DNA from: Octopus vulgaris
Lineage: Eukaryota
Length of the DNA: 64,000 nt
Reading direction: 5' to 3'
Assembly: GCA_951406725.2 (NCBI GenBank)
Contig: OX597816.1
Location: 97,402,001-97,466,000, forward strand
The notes beneath the pieces were generated by a model. It was not told the DNA's origin and did no database searches. It worked only from the letters and a program-made list of their open reading frames with translations. Shown here one piece after another: positions 42,690 to 57,054 of the stretch (positions are counted from its first letter, which is position 1; every line of letters begins with the position of its first letter). Position numbers and translations under genes: made by a program.

Positions 42690-42950
42690 AAGCCCGAAAC
42701 TTCGGATACATTGAATATGTATTATATGTCTATGTTTGTGTGTCTATGTTTGTACCCACCAAACCACCATCGTTTGACAACCGATTCTGGTGTGATTATA
42801 TCACAGTAAACAAGTACTTCGATAAAAGATAGTGATAGAATAAGTACTAGGCTTACAAATAAATAGTCCTGGAGTCAATTTCTTCGAATAAAACCCTTTA
42901 AGGCTCTAGTCCAGTTTGGTTGCAGTCAAATGACTGAAACAAGCAAGATA
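42690..42950 (+). mobile_element. SINE family A 3' portion
   Basis: gatagaataagtactaggcttaca...gcagtcaaatgactgaaacaag. Confidence 0.7.
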
Positions 42951-43039
42951 GATAGAGGAATAAATAGATACACAGAGACTGACAGATCGATAGATCAATC
43001 GATAGATAGATAAATAGGTAAATACGATAGGATTATTTC

Positions 43040-43170
43040 AATTACTGACTAGAAATTCCACTCTGAAGGCTTTCGTTGGTCCTGGATTACAGTAGAGACA
43101 CCTGTCCAAGGTAACGCACAGAGGAATTGAACTCAATACCACACGGTTGGGAAGCAAGCTTCTAACACAT
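43040..43170 (-). mobile_element. SINE family A 5' fragment
   Basis: aattccactctgaaggctttcg...ggttgggaagcaagctt. Confidence 0.6.
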
Positions 43171-43539
43171 ATGCAGAACAATTTGCTTGCAGAACATTTT
43201 GCTCCATAGTCCTACAATAGAGGAAATAGTTCAATAAACGTATGATTTAGAGACACACATGCCGTTGAGACAAAAAATATCAGGAGTGTTAGAATTGCAC
43301 AGAAGAAAGTTTTGAGTTTTCGTTAGGAAAACAATATAATAGTTAATAATTCATGGCGCAAGTGCTATTCAGCTTTCGAAATACGTATGACATGCACAAC
43401 TTACCGTTAGGTGATGCTTTATAAACTTTGTAATAATACCGAAAATAAGAGCAACATGTGACGGGAGGAAATATTTAAATGTGTAATATATTTGTATCCG
43501 TTTCTTGTAGTTATGATTTGATATACTTACTCAGACACA

Positions 43540-43955
43540 CTTACACACGCATATATATACATACATACATACATATATACATACATACATACATACATAC
43601 ATACATACATACATACATACATACATACATACATGCATACATACACACACATATATATATATACTGTGTGTGTATATAAATATATATACATGTGTGTTTA
43701 AGTAGGCTTTTATTCACCATAGCAGAAACATTTGTTGAATAACGACAATAAATACGAGAAGGAAAAATGATGAAACTAGTGTAGAACATGTTACATATTT
43801 CAATATATTTCTCAATAAAATATATTTCTAGAATTCATAAAATATCATATATTTTTTACATGTTTAAGGAGGAGGGGGCAAGCCGGAGCAAATATTTTGA
43901 ATTTTATGGTAAAGTATATATAGAAACATATCCATAAACTTAAACCATTTACACC

Positions 43956-44012
<57 letters not shown>

Positions 44013-44234
44013 TACACATATGCATATACATATATACATACATATATATATATACACATACATATATATATGTGTGTGTACATTCACATGCACACTGAAA
44101 CATATATAGATGATATATATATATATATATATATATATCTACCTATATATATATGTACTCATACACATTTATATATGTATGTATATATATATACATATTT
44201 ATGTATTTACCTATTCTCTCTCCTGTTCGGTCTT

Positions 44235-44294
<60 letters not shown>

Positions 44295-44695
44295 GCATTT
44301 CCAAATATTCTGTTATAGACTCCTATTTATTTAGTTGTTTTGTTAAAATTATAGACAGAAACCTATACTAGAAAAACACAGATGTAACGAAAAGAAAAAG
44401 CCAAAAGCAAAATAAAGAAAAAGGGAAGCATTGACAAATGGAAAACAAAGAACTCTATTCTAGCAATGTCTAAAGAATATTTACATTACATGTAACAGAT
44501 TCTTGTGTGTTAGATGAGTTAGGTAAGCAGTGAATTCCCTCACGTGCCCATCAATATATTTCCAACTATACCGCCTTTGTTGTTTCATGATAACACATTA
44601 ATGTACCTGTATGCATAGGTAAATCTAGATGTACACAACTATACGTACACACACACAAATACACATACACACAAATATATGTACATATGTATGTT

Positions 44696-44752
<57 letters not shown>

Positions 44753-45050
44753 TATACATACATCTTTATATATGTATATATATATATACATATGTATATA
44801 TATACGCACAATGTATTTGCAGTTATGCATCTCTGTATATGTATACATGCATACGAACATATATGTGTGTGTGTAATTTTATAGATAGAGAGGAAAAGTT
44901 ATATATATGTATATATCTAAATATATATGTGCGTGTGTATATGCATATATGCCTACACAGATGCAAATATAATCACACACACTTACACACACATTCATAT
45001 ATATACACACATACAATCACACACATATACACATATATACATACATGACT
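43540..45050. repeat. Dense (TA)n/(TACA)n/(CT)n microsatellite zone
   Basis: Seen directly. Confidence 0.9.
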
Positions 45051-46508
45051 GTGCTTGGAGACATGTACGTATGTGTCTCTACGTATGGGAGTATATTTAC
45101 ATACAAGTATCTCTATGTGTATACATATTAAGCATATGCATAATTTTGTAACTTTGTGCAAGGATGTCACGTATTCCTCTTTAAACGATGAATGAAACCA
45201 TTGTTTATTGTAAAGAGTTTGTTACCTCTTTGTTAACATGATGAAGAAGATGATAACTTTCTGTGCATCCACATACATGTGTCTAAACATATAGCTGTGT
45301 GTGATTTCGTATGGCTCTATATCATAGGCGTAGTATTGTTGATAGTGAGCCTGTATATATGTTTGTGTGTATTGGAAACTACATTCAATAGATGATGTTC
45401 CAGTATCTACTGGGTGAAAAGAAAAGAGCGGACACACTGTAATGGAGACAACATTTGTTAGAGAATTTAACAAAGGTGAACATATAATATTACAACCGAC
45501 CACGCAACATTTCTTCCTGCTATATCGTTTTTCTACGCAATCGCACACAAAAGTACACGTACTCATACACTTACACGTTTTTCTTTCTCTTACTCTCTTT
45601 TCATCTGAAGTAAAATGAACAGTTTTATCTACTTCGTATGTAGCTTTATTTTAAGTTGAGATTAATTTTTTTTCCTTTTTTGGTGGTTTTGCTTTTCTCT
45701 CTTCCATATAGTATCCAGCTAATGTGGAAAGGATATCATGAGTGAGGAGGCACGTATCTGACTGAAACAATGAAAATGATGATGACGTTAATGGTGGTAT
45801 TGACAGTGGTGGTTGTGCTACTGATGATGATGATAATGATGATGATGAGGAAGAGGAGGAGGAAGAGGAGGAGACTAAGGTGGTGAAAAAAGTTGGGGAT
45901 GGTGCTAGGAGTTGCTCTAACGACGAGCAACACATTGTCAACGATAATGATGATAGCTATTTTATGATGTTTATTATCACAAAGACGCTGTTGACGATGC
46001 TTACGGTAATGATGATGAGGAGGGGGATGAGGAAGTTGAGAAGTGGGACGAAGGGGAAGCTGTTGCTACGGAGAAGGAGATAGTTGCTGCTTCTGAGGAG
46101 GAGGAAAGTGAGGGGAGGAAGACGTAGTAGGAGGAGAGGTGGAGGAAGAGGAAGCGGAAGGGGAAGCACCAGGTATGGTTACTGATGAAGAGAAAGAATA
46201 CAACGAAGTGAAAGAGTTGGAAGAAGAAAATAGTGTTTTTTTATGAACGTATAATTATCCCCCAGTATGCATGATCGGTAGTAAACTAATCATAGATACG
46301 TTCCAATTGTTATGGCAAAATAAATTTTAATGTGTACTCAATAAGTGATAAAATATTATTGTATGTTTGGATAGTAAAATAAACAGTGAAATGATAAGCG
46401 ACATTTTACTTTAACAATATCGGAAATATATTTCGATTACCGTTACACATGTATTCATCGAACCGTATATACATACATTTTTACACACACACTCACAAAC
46501 ACACACGT

Positions 46509-46549
<41 letters not shown>

Positions 46550-46850
46550 AAAATATACACATATACACATAACGGCGGATACCCAGTACGGTGCAGTTAA
46601 ACTATAAGAAAAAAAAGTGTGTGCACGAGTGCGCACGCGTCTATGTATATAAATAAATAAATATCTATCTATCTGTCTATCTATCTACATACCGTTCGGC
46701 AATCTAGAGCCAAAAACAGAGGGGCCTTTGTTGGAGCTCTACGAAACTTTAAGCCTCAGGGAACCAAGTCAAACAGTTTTGAATATATACCCACACACAT
46801 ACATACATACTCCATATATATATATATATACACGTCCATCTATATATACG

Positions 46851-46890
<40 letters not shown>

Positions 46891-46897
<7 letters not shown>

Positions 46898-47185
46898 ACC
46901 GACCAGACCATCAGATGTTGCTACACATCGCTGGTCACAATGCGTTCGCATTGCTTTAGCCTTCAAATGACGCCACCCCGCTGGTTAAGCGAGCAGGCCA
47001 ACAGACGAAAGAGTGAGAGAAAGAGTGGTGAAAGAGTACAGCGGGGATCACCACCCCCTGCCGGAGCCTCTTGGAGCTTTTAGGTGTTTTCGCTCAATAA
47101 ACACTTACAACGCCTAGTCTGGGAATCGAAACCGCGATCCTACGACAGCGAGTCCGCTGCCGTAACCACTGGGCCATTACGCCTC

Positions 47186-47187
<2 letters not shown>
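46891..47187 (-). mobile_element. tRNA-derived SINE (family D)
   Basis: Minus strand ggaggcgtaatggcccagtggtta...ggtttcgattccc head; second copy at 59150-59340. Confidence 0.8.
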
Positions 47188-47244
<57 letters not shown>

Positions 47245-47338
47245 CATACACGCATACACACACACACTCACACACACACGCACACACACACATATATATA
47301 TATAGGTGAGCACAAGTGTGTACGTACGCCGCTATATG

Positions 47339-47572
47339 TATATATAAATGGAGCAAAAACGCAATAGGGGACAATAAAAACATTCAACCAGAGAGAAGAT
47401 ACAAAGGCGGACAAGTGAAACAACGATTAGAAGGACAGGAAAAAAAGCTGGGTCACTCGTGGCCTTCTTTGCCTGTCCTTCTAATTGTTGTTTCACTTGT
47501 CCGCCTTTGTAGCGTCTATCTGGCTGAATGTTTTTATTGTCCCCTATAGCGTTTTTGCTCCATTTATATATA
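47339..47572. repeat. Fold-back hairpin (arms about 110 bp) flanked by TA repeats
   Basis: 47339-47448 vs 47463-47572, mostly complementary with several mismatches. Confidence 0.92.
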
Positions 47573-47582
47573 TATATATATG

Positions 47583-49330
47583 TAATAATAATATTAGGGA
47601 GTAAATCCAAACTTACAGGGAAAAATTAGATTTAGGATTAAATCTAATTTTATAGTATAAATACATATTATATTAAATTAGAGATAAAACTACTATTAGG
47701 CAAATCAAACAGTGAAAATCATAAGCCAATACATAGAAATAAAATTAATTAAAAAATATATAAATGATATAAAATATAAAATATAAAAATCCAATTAAAA
47801 TATTTTAATTAAAGTTAAAATTAAAAAAAAATTATTTAAATTAATAATTTAAACTTATAAATTATAAATATATATATTTTTATTATTATTTTATTTTATT
47901 ATTTATTTTTTTATTTTTATTTATATATTTTATTTTTTTATTGTTTTTTTATATTTTTATATTTTTATATATATATATTTTTTTTAACTATCAAAAAGTA
48001 TTAAAAGTTTAATATAAGATAAAGAGTAAAAACACTACGATCGTTTCATGCCCGTAACCAATTCGAATAACAATAATTTAAATTCAATTAATAATTCAAG
48101 TTATGGTTACAGTCAATCTTCAGGTTAATTGTAATATTTTAATAAATAATCAAAAATATTTAAACAATATTTTTTAAGAAATAAATAATATAATAAATTT
48201 TCTTATAAAAAATTCTATTATCAAACTAGAAACTTAACGATTATGATTATGTCAAAACAACGATTATAATGTTAAATATTAATCTTAATTTTTAAGTATT
48301 AATTTTTAAGGTAATAAACCCACCAATAATCTAATATCAGTAATAGTCAATATGTAATTACATAAATATCTTACAAAAAAATGATTATTCATATTATTAA
48401 AATATAAAATTTAAATAATATATAAATTATCAATGAAAATATATAAATGTATATGAATATTATAATTAAGATCTAAAATAATCTCTCTAAATAATATATA
48501 TGCACATATAATAAAGACCTAATAAATTAATTTTTCATATTTAAAAATGAAATAGCTAATTTCAAAAATACAAACAAACAATCTTAAACGAACGCTATAG
48601 CAAATTAACTATCTTTATCTCGTTGGCTAAATAATAACTTTCAAAAATCTTATCTTTAAAGTACTTAAAGAAATAATCAATTCGTAGTTATATAGTATCA
48701 AATAAATACTATAAATATATTTATCAATGGGAATAATGTAACTAGCAAATAACAATTTAAAAAGACAATATATAAGTTAAAATAATAATTATAAGGAATT
48801 TAAAACTACAATTAATGCTATTAATACATGTATATACATGAATCTAACTTTAACCAACTCATATACTTGCTATCAAACAACAAGTCTATCGCTAAGTAAA
48901 TTCTTTCGAATAAACTTAAAGTTAATATCTAATAATTATATAGAAAATTACGATAATTAGAAAAACGACGATATATACTTAAAAAAAGCAATAATATTAT
49001 ACCATAAGACTTATAAATATTAAAATTTAAAGATCTTAAATATAAATATATACTTAGCTTAGCGAGGTTTTTCTTCACTTAGCAAATCCAGTGCGTATCA
49101 CATAATACCTGACAATGATATAAGAAATCGTGAGAATATGTGAGAATATCCCCGAGTAAATACAATCATCAAGAGATGGGAGTGAACTTGGATTTAATAA
49201 ACCCAGACTGCGTCCCTTAGATTGGCGACACTTCTTAAGGCTACCTCAAATTTTGACATATAAGCAACGGGCTGCAACACTTCATTACATCTTTCATATC
49301 CTACGGTTTTTCTTCTTTCAATCGATCCAC
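47583..49330 (-). mobile_element. Long AT-rich hammerhead-bearing element, same terminus family as 22186-22440
   Basis: tattagggagtaaatccaaacttacagggaaaaattagatttaggatt shared with 22195; hammerhead at 48031-48127; (TA)n on both sides; distal boundary uncertain. Confidence 0.5.
48031..48127 (-). ncRNA. Hammerhead ribozyme motif with extended stem II
   Basis: Minus strand: CTGAAGA ttgac tgtaacca...tggttacg ggcat GAAA cgatcg TA; stem I weak. Confidence 0.65.
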
Positions 49331-49335
49331 TTTTG

Positions 49336-49887
<552 letters not shown>

Positions 49888-50479
49888 ACACACATATACT
49901 AACGCGCGTACGTTCACAGACATACACAGATGTATAAACTCATATCTAGTATGTCCGATACCTATAAACGCTGAGGAATATATATGTGCGAGCAAATCTG
50001 AATAATGTGTGCAATTTGGTACTCAATAAATTATTTGTAACGCAAATTTTTGAAATATAATGTAAGATACAGCCTCTGCGCATTTGGAAATTTGTATAAT
50101 GTTTGTACAAAAAAAAAATCAAACATAACTAGTATAACGTAAAGTGGCAGAAAGTTTCCGTTTCAATGAAAATCAACCTGATGCGAATTAATAAGAAGAA
50201 ATATATAAGGTGGCAAATAGATTGTGAAGTTTGCTATCTATGTAATGACACAAAAGTCTTACTTCTGCCCAAACACCAACAGCAATGCGCAGGCTATTAA
50301 TATATTTGGAATTTGATCAAAGAAATGCCCAAGATAAGGAGTTTGAACGTTTCGAATCTGTACCAGTAAATATGGCCAGTGAGTCGAGATCTTAGCAATA
50401 TCTGAAAATAAATTCCAGCACAAGAAATCCAACTGGTTATATATATGTGTATTTGCCAACAAATCAACAAAAGAAAATG

Positions 50480-51400
50480 TATTAACTCGAGAGGGACATT
50501 AACAATAAGCTATTGACAACAACACACAAACGCATGGAAAATAAATAGAAATACGCGAAACAAAATATAGAGCATCCCAGATGGAATTAGATAATACAAT
50601 GAAATGCCTAGCTACGCGAGAACCATAAAACCGCTTCACGGACTGCAAGGAAATTTCCTAGAAACCTCCAAAATATAGGTTGATAAACTCTACAAAGAAT
50701 GAATTCTGTGTAGATATTAAATAAATACTAAACGGCATCCATTATAGAAAAAAAGAAAGCACTCGCTTACTTGAATCAAATAACATCAATGTTGTTTACG
50801 ATTGGTTTAATAAAACGGAGAAAAAAATTGTCCCATCAATTGATATTACAAAATCCTATTCAATATATTCACATTGCTGCTCACCATGGCAATGGCGTTC
50901 GTAAAAAATACGGTGATCATCAGTAGCAACACTGTCAATATAATGCCATTTAGAGAAAAACTGCACATCATTGATAGCATCACACACGCGTAAACGACCA
51001 CTCTACTTTATGTCGAAATATGACAGAGGTGAAGTTTAGAAGCTAAGATGACTGTGAATCAAGAAATGTTAAGAACGAAATTAATATACATATTATGTAT
51101 GGCAATGAAAGACTTTGCCTATTACATAATGTCCATACACGAAACATAAACAGAAAAAACTGAATAAGTATTTTCATGGATGTTTCCTCAAAAAGTACAG
51201 TTACCATCATCCTTGATTTAGTTAAAAATTCTAAACATTATATGACACCTTGACAACCATGTAAATCCAAGAAAAATTAAGAAGTAAATATGCAATAATA
51301 ACAAATCTACCAATTCGAGTGGAATAAAACGAAAAAGAAAACGAAGTTCTATAATCAAACTAATGTATTACCTAACATGAAATAGTGCCATGTTCATTAA
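50480..51400 (+). pseudogene. Decayed Penelope-like reverse transcriptase relic
   Basis: In order: ELDNTMKCLA (50584), PPKYRLINSTK (50665), NVVYDWFNK, DITKSYS, MSKYDRGEV*KL (51011). These resemble PLE RT motifs NPKCRLINP.K, V..WF, FDI..FYPSI and MGSYDGAEVCEL; many frameshifts. Confidence 0.7.
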
Positions 51401-51676
51401 AACTGCCAGCTTTGCTCAATACGAGCCGTCTTGAAGTTCGCTAATTCTAGAGAAAGACTCAATTTGTTGAAAATGTTTCTTAACGATACTCTCAATTACC
51501 GCCAATACATCCCTTGGCCGATTCTGACGTTTTGGTAGAAATTGCGATACTAGCTTCTCTTGACTGCAGCTCAGATTTATATAATGTAAGATGTTTTGTA
51601 TATAATGGAAAAACATTTCTTGCTTAGCGTGGGTTACTAACCCCAAGATTCCGAGTTCGATTCTAGGCAGTGACCT

Positions 51677-51696
51677 CAATAATAATAGTAATGATG

Positions 51697-51747
<51 letters not shown>

Positions 51748-51795
51748 TTAATAATAATAATAATAATAATGATGATGATGATGATGATAAGGATG

Positions 51796-51876
<81 letters not shown>

Positions 51877-51911
51877 TGATGATGATAATAATAATAATAA
51901 TAATGATGATG

Positions 51912-51982
<71 letters not shown>
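51677..51982. repeat. (TAA)n/(TGA)n microsatellite, target of the R4 element
   Basis: Seen directly. Confidence 0.98.
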
Positions 51983-51984
<2 letters not shown>

Positions 51985-54108
51985 GAAAACAAACTGTTCG
52001 AAAACTGGACGAAAACAAACTGTTCCCAGAAGAGCAGAAAGGATGCCGCAAGGGCTCATATGGCTGTAAAGATCAACTAATGATTAATAAAGCCGTAACT
52101 GAAGACAGCCACAGAAAGAAGAAAGGCCTCAGTATGGCCTGGATTGACTACAAAAAGGCGTTTGATAGCATCCCCCACACATGGATCCTCGAAACACTAG
52201 CCATTAACAAAGTAGCACCAACAATCATAAAATTCATAGAGCACTCTATGAATAAATGGCAAACAGTCCTACACCTCCAAACAAAAGAGGGACTCATGAA
52301 AACCAAAGACATCCCCATTAGAAGAGGAATATTCCAGGGAGACACGCTCTCTCCACTCCTTTTCTGCTTGGCACTGTCACCTCAATCTGATATGCTAAAT
52401 AGAACTGGATGCGGATATAAATGTTACGGCAAAACGATCAGCCACCTTTTATATATGGATGACCTAAAACTATACGCTGCAAATGACAAACAGCTGGAAA
52501 CACTATTAAAGACAGTTCATGGATTTACCAAAGAAATAGATATGAAATTTGGATTAGAAAAATGCGCCAAAGTAACCATGAAAAGAGGAAAACTAGTTAA
52601 GAGTAACAACATCACACTAGATAAAACCAATGAAATAAAAGAATTAGACCAAAGCCAAACTTACAAATACTTAGGAATCCATGAACTAGATAAGACACAA
52701 CACACACAAATGAAAGAGAAAATAAAAAAGAATATTATAGACGAGTTAGATCAATACTAAAAACAGAGCTCAATGCTAAAAACAAGATAATAGGTATCAA
52801 CACTTTAGCTGTCACAGTTATAAGTTACAGCTACAATATCCTTAACTGGACACGAAATGAACTGTCCAAAATAGATAGGAAAACAAGAAAAATACTGACA
52901 GGATCTAGGATGCATCACCCAAAATCTGACATAGAAAGACTATATATACAACGTATAGAAGGTGGTAGAGGCCTTATACAGCTGGAAAACTACTATAAAA
53001 TAACCACCATAGGACTGCAAAAATATCTACTTCAGAAGGAAGGAAAACTGATCCAGATAGCGGCAAAACACGAGCAAAACAAAAAACTGTTCTCAGTATT
53101 TAAGGAAGCTGCCAAATACAAACAAGAAATCATACCACCTAATAAACATGAAGAAGAAGAAGAAGATGAAGAAACAACAAAAGCTATAAAACAAATGAAA
53201 TCCAAACTAAAAATAGAACAGCAACGAACCATGATAAAACGATGGCAAGAAAAGCCCCTTCATGGTAAATACTGCACTAAACTAAACGCAAAAGAAATAG
53301 ACAAAGAAAAATCCCAGCAATGGTTGAGAAGCTCAGGACTCAAAGCAGAGACAGAGGGATTTTTAATTGCAGCACAAGACCAAAGCCTCCCCACCAGAAA
53401 TTACCAAAAACATGTAATGAAAAGAAATATTACAAGTAACTGCAGAATATGTGGAGATGGACAAGAAACAATAAATCATATTATTTCTAGCTGCCCAGTC
53501 CTGGCTAAGAAGGAATATATTCACAGACATGACAGAGTTGGAACCTACATACATTGGAAGCTATGCCAACATTATGGAATAACAACAGAAAAAAGATGGT
53601 ATAGGCACACACCAGAAAAGGTCACAGAAAACGAGAAAGTAACCATACTCTGGGATATGCCGATACACACAGATAGAGAAATTAAGGCCAACAGACCAGA
53701 TATAGTTGTCAGAGATCATGAAGAAAAAAAATGCTTTCTTATTGATGTATCAATACCGGCAGATGACAACGTGTCTCTAAAAGAAATGGAGAAACTCTCA
53801 AAATACAAAGACCTGGAGATAGAGGTAACTAGAATGTGGAACCTGAAAACAGAAACAATTCCTATCATAGTAGGTGCATTAGGCATGATAAAAAAATATT
53901 CAGACAAATACATAACAAAAACACCAGGACTTACAAACACATATAACATACAGAAAATTGCACTACTAGGCACTGCACACATCCTACGCAGAACACTTTC
54001 CATACAATAACCATCAGAGCATCACAACAAATCACAGCACATACCCAAGGCACACAGAGCTGCGCTCGGTAGTGAAGTGAAAGCACGCTATAAAAATAAA
54101 ACTACTGT
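51983..54108 (+). mobile_element. 5'-truncated R4/Dong-clade non-LTR retrotransposon (RT + restriction-like endonuclease) inserted in a (TAA)n array
   Basis: RT motifs EEQKGCRKG, AWIDYKKAFDSIPH, RGIFQGDTLSPLLF, LYMDD, YKYLG; C-terminal CCHC (CRICGDGQETINHIISSC), RHD, RPDIV, IDVSIP, EKLSKYKDL; stop at 54010, about 100 bp 3' UTR, (TAA)n on both sides. Confidence 0.95.
51984..54010 (+). pseudogene. RT-RLE polyprotein of the R4/Dong element with a single frameshift in the A6 run at 52724-52729
   Basis: ORFs 51873-52760 and 52910-54010 join if one A is added at 52724-52729; the shifted frame from 52730 reads EYYRRVRSILKTELNAKNKIIGINTLAV...SRMHHP with no stop. Confidence 0.9.
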
Positions 54109-54195
54109 ATAATAATAATAATAATAATAATAACAACAACAACAACATCGAAAAATAACTTAGGAATGAAAACCCAGGAACGAAATTTCCCCAAG

Positions 54196-54239
54196 ACACC
54201 TGATGAAGGCTGGAGGGTATATCCGTCGAAACGTTTGTT
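54196..54239 (+). ncRNA. Hammerhead ribozyme motif downstream of the R4 element
   Basis: acac CTGATGA a ggctgga gggtata tccgtc GAAA cg TT tgtt; stem I imperfect. Confidence 0.6.
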
Positions 54240-56029
54240 AAACAAAATGAGAACAAATATCCGTCAAATGTAAATAATGTACATAATTCCTCATCTCTTA
54301 AATATAGAACTGTAAAATTTCCTTTGTTTCAGAAATTGAATTCTCTTTAAGGTGTTCTCTGAAAGCCTAATCTAATTGTTTTCTCATTGCCGTTTCATTT
54401 AACAGCGATAATTTTGCTCCGTACACTAAAACCGTACAATATATGCGCAAAACATATGGCGATTTTAAAAACGTTACTATGTGTGTTAAAGTGAATTCTG
54501 ATCAAGTACATCTGTCATAAAAGGTATTTTCAAACCTACTTTTAAGATTTTGTAGGAGCACATTATTCAGTGTGTTCATTACTTACTGAAGATATGAGGG
54601 TCTATGTCACAGGTAAATCAATTGACCACACATACACCGAACTGGAGTCGGGTTTTTATAACCTGTTTGGACACTTTTATTACTTCAGTTATCAAAATTA
54701 TAATATTTTTGATGCTATTTAAAATTATATCTATTTCTCGCTATATCCAATGCTGCTTTTGTTCTCTGTCTTCTTGTTGTTTACCATCAGGTAGGATCTT
54801 ACCTTCTGTTTTTGATGCTTGATTGAACAAACTTATAAATAAAAGCAGAATAGGCATGACACCACTTTCTTCTCTTAAGCATAGTTTAAGAGACATTTCG
54901 CAGATCGGACAACTACGTGAAGGTTCAATCACATTTATTTTGTATTTAGGTTTCATGGGACAAGGTTTCGTGCTAAGACCTCGATTATTAAGCGAATATA
55001 TCTGCTATTATTCCATGTCTAATACAATTTCAGGTTAAATACATTTTAAACTGCAACCCTATACTTATTTCACTCAATCCAAATACAATTTTATTCTTTA
55101 AATTATTTCAGTCATCCTTCATACAACCTTCAAAAGATTTAGTCCAACTGAACAGAGTAAGTTATTTTTATTCTTTTTTAAACATGTCACTTATTTTGTA
55201 ATTTCTGAAGAACTGCTAAAAGAATCCAAACGATCTCAAACCTGTTGTTAAGCATTAATGCAAAACTGCACATCCACAATGACACATACATATACATATA
55301 CAACGTACTTCTGCAGATTTTTCCGCTTATTAAATTCTCTCACATGTAATTTGTCGGCCCGAGGCTATAGTAGAAGACACTTGCTGAAAATGCCATGCAC
55401 TAAGATAGAACCCGAAGCTACGAGGATGTGAAGTGAACTTCTTCAAGCAGCCATGGATATTGTTGAATATTTTCGTTATCTTAGTTGTTCACTTGAGTTT
55501 CTATAGTGATATTAATTATAGGTAAATCTTGGTCAGTGTCAATGAAAGCGTCTTTACAAAGTTATTTGCCATGTCAAAAATATAATCGTAAACCTCCTCA
55601 AATAACAGTCAGCAGACTTAACTATAAAATTTCAAAATAATTACGTTTCTGAAAGACATTATTCTAAAGTCTATAATTGCGAAACCATACTGATGTGATT
55701 TTGGCTTAGTCTACAATACGTAACATTTTGCTTTAAGTTACCTAATTGCTTTTAGGCACTGAAAAAAATATTTCTCACTCAAGTCGCTTGAAGGACCTAG
55801 CAAAGATTCTATATACGCCTGTCTCACACAAATGTAAACATATCCTAAAAAATAGCAATAAATATATTTTAATTGAATGTGTATGACAGCCGTGGATTTT
55901 ACGTCATTCTGTGTCAAATCACATGCTCACGCACAAACACAGTCACACACAAACACACTCACTCGCGCGCGCACAGACACACGCTTATACATTAACAGAG
56001 AATAACCTACTAAACACACGCTGTATAGT

Positions 56030-56410
56030 ATCTTTTATTTTTTACTTGTTTCACCGAATTGACTGCGACCATGCTGGAGTACTACTGTGGGCACTGCCTT
56101 GGGGTACCACCTGGGGCATCACCTGAGGCATCACTCGGGTCGTCGCCCCGGTCGAGCAAATCGATACTAAGATTTTATATTTTTTTAATCCTAGTACTTA
56201 TTCTATCGGTATCTTTTGACGAGAGGTTCCAGTACGTAAATGTACCAACACCGGTTGTCACGCGGTGGTGGGTGAAAATACACACACACACACACACACA
56301 CGTAAATATATGTATATACATGCATAATACATATACATATACATATAACCAAATCCACTCACAATTCTTTAGTCCGTCCACGGCTATAATAGAAGTCACT
56401 TGCCCATGGT
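56030..56410 (-). mobile_element. Decayed SINE family A copy
   Basis: cttgtttcaccgaattgactgcgaccatgctggag ... accaaatccactcac ... ggctataatagaagtcacttgccc. Confidence 0.7.
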
Positions 56411-56971
56411 TCAGCTTCTCACTACTCACCCGCTCCTGCGTCTGGCTATAGTTATATGACTGCGCAGTGTATATTTGTTATGTTTGCGTTTATACATTCA
56501 TTTAAAAGAGTAGAACCATCCATGAACGCAGAATTTATTCAAATTTAAATGTCCGCTGATATAACGTCACATATAAACGGAACTGCAGTTTCATAAATCC
56601 AACAAAAGGTAAACTAGATTTCTCATCAGCAGACGTGTTAAGTCTTTTTTGTAAGAGAAATATTGTAAAAGAAAGTTAACAACTGATTTATAGTAATGCA
56701 ACATTGAATGGTTTAATAATATAGGAGGTATGCTGCATACGTACCTAATGAAATATTATAGAACTAGCAGGATCCTCAGAAATTACACGCTTATTTTACA
56801 AATTGTATGATGAAATGGTTTATTTTTCTGAAATATTCGATACTCAGATGTAAAAATCCGCATAGGCAGTATTAAAGGAACAATCAATCAATCAATCAAT
56901 CGAGCAAATGACCAGTCATTCAATAAATCAATCAGTCAAATAATTAATCAATTACTCTGTCTGTCTGTCTA

Positions 56972-57054
<83 letters not shown>

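Noticed and set aside
47100-47187. tRNA-like sequence (also at 2012, 20905, 58980, 59340)
   Set aside because: SINE heads continuing into repeat bodies; no complete cloverleaf established
51873-51982. Poly-Met/Ile N-terminus of the RT ORF
   Set aside because: Read-through of the flanking TAA/TGA repeat; not part of the element
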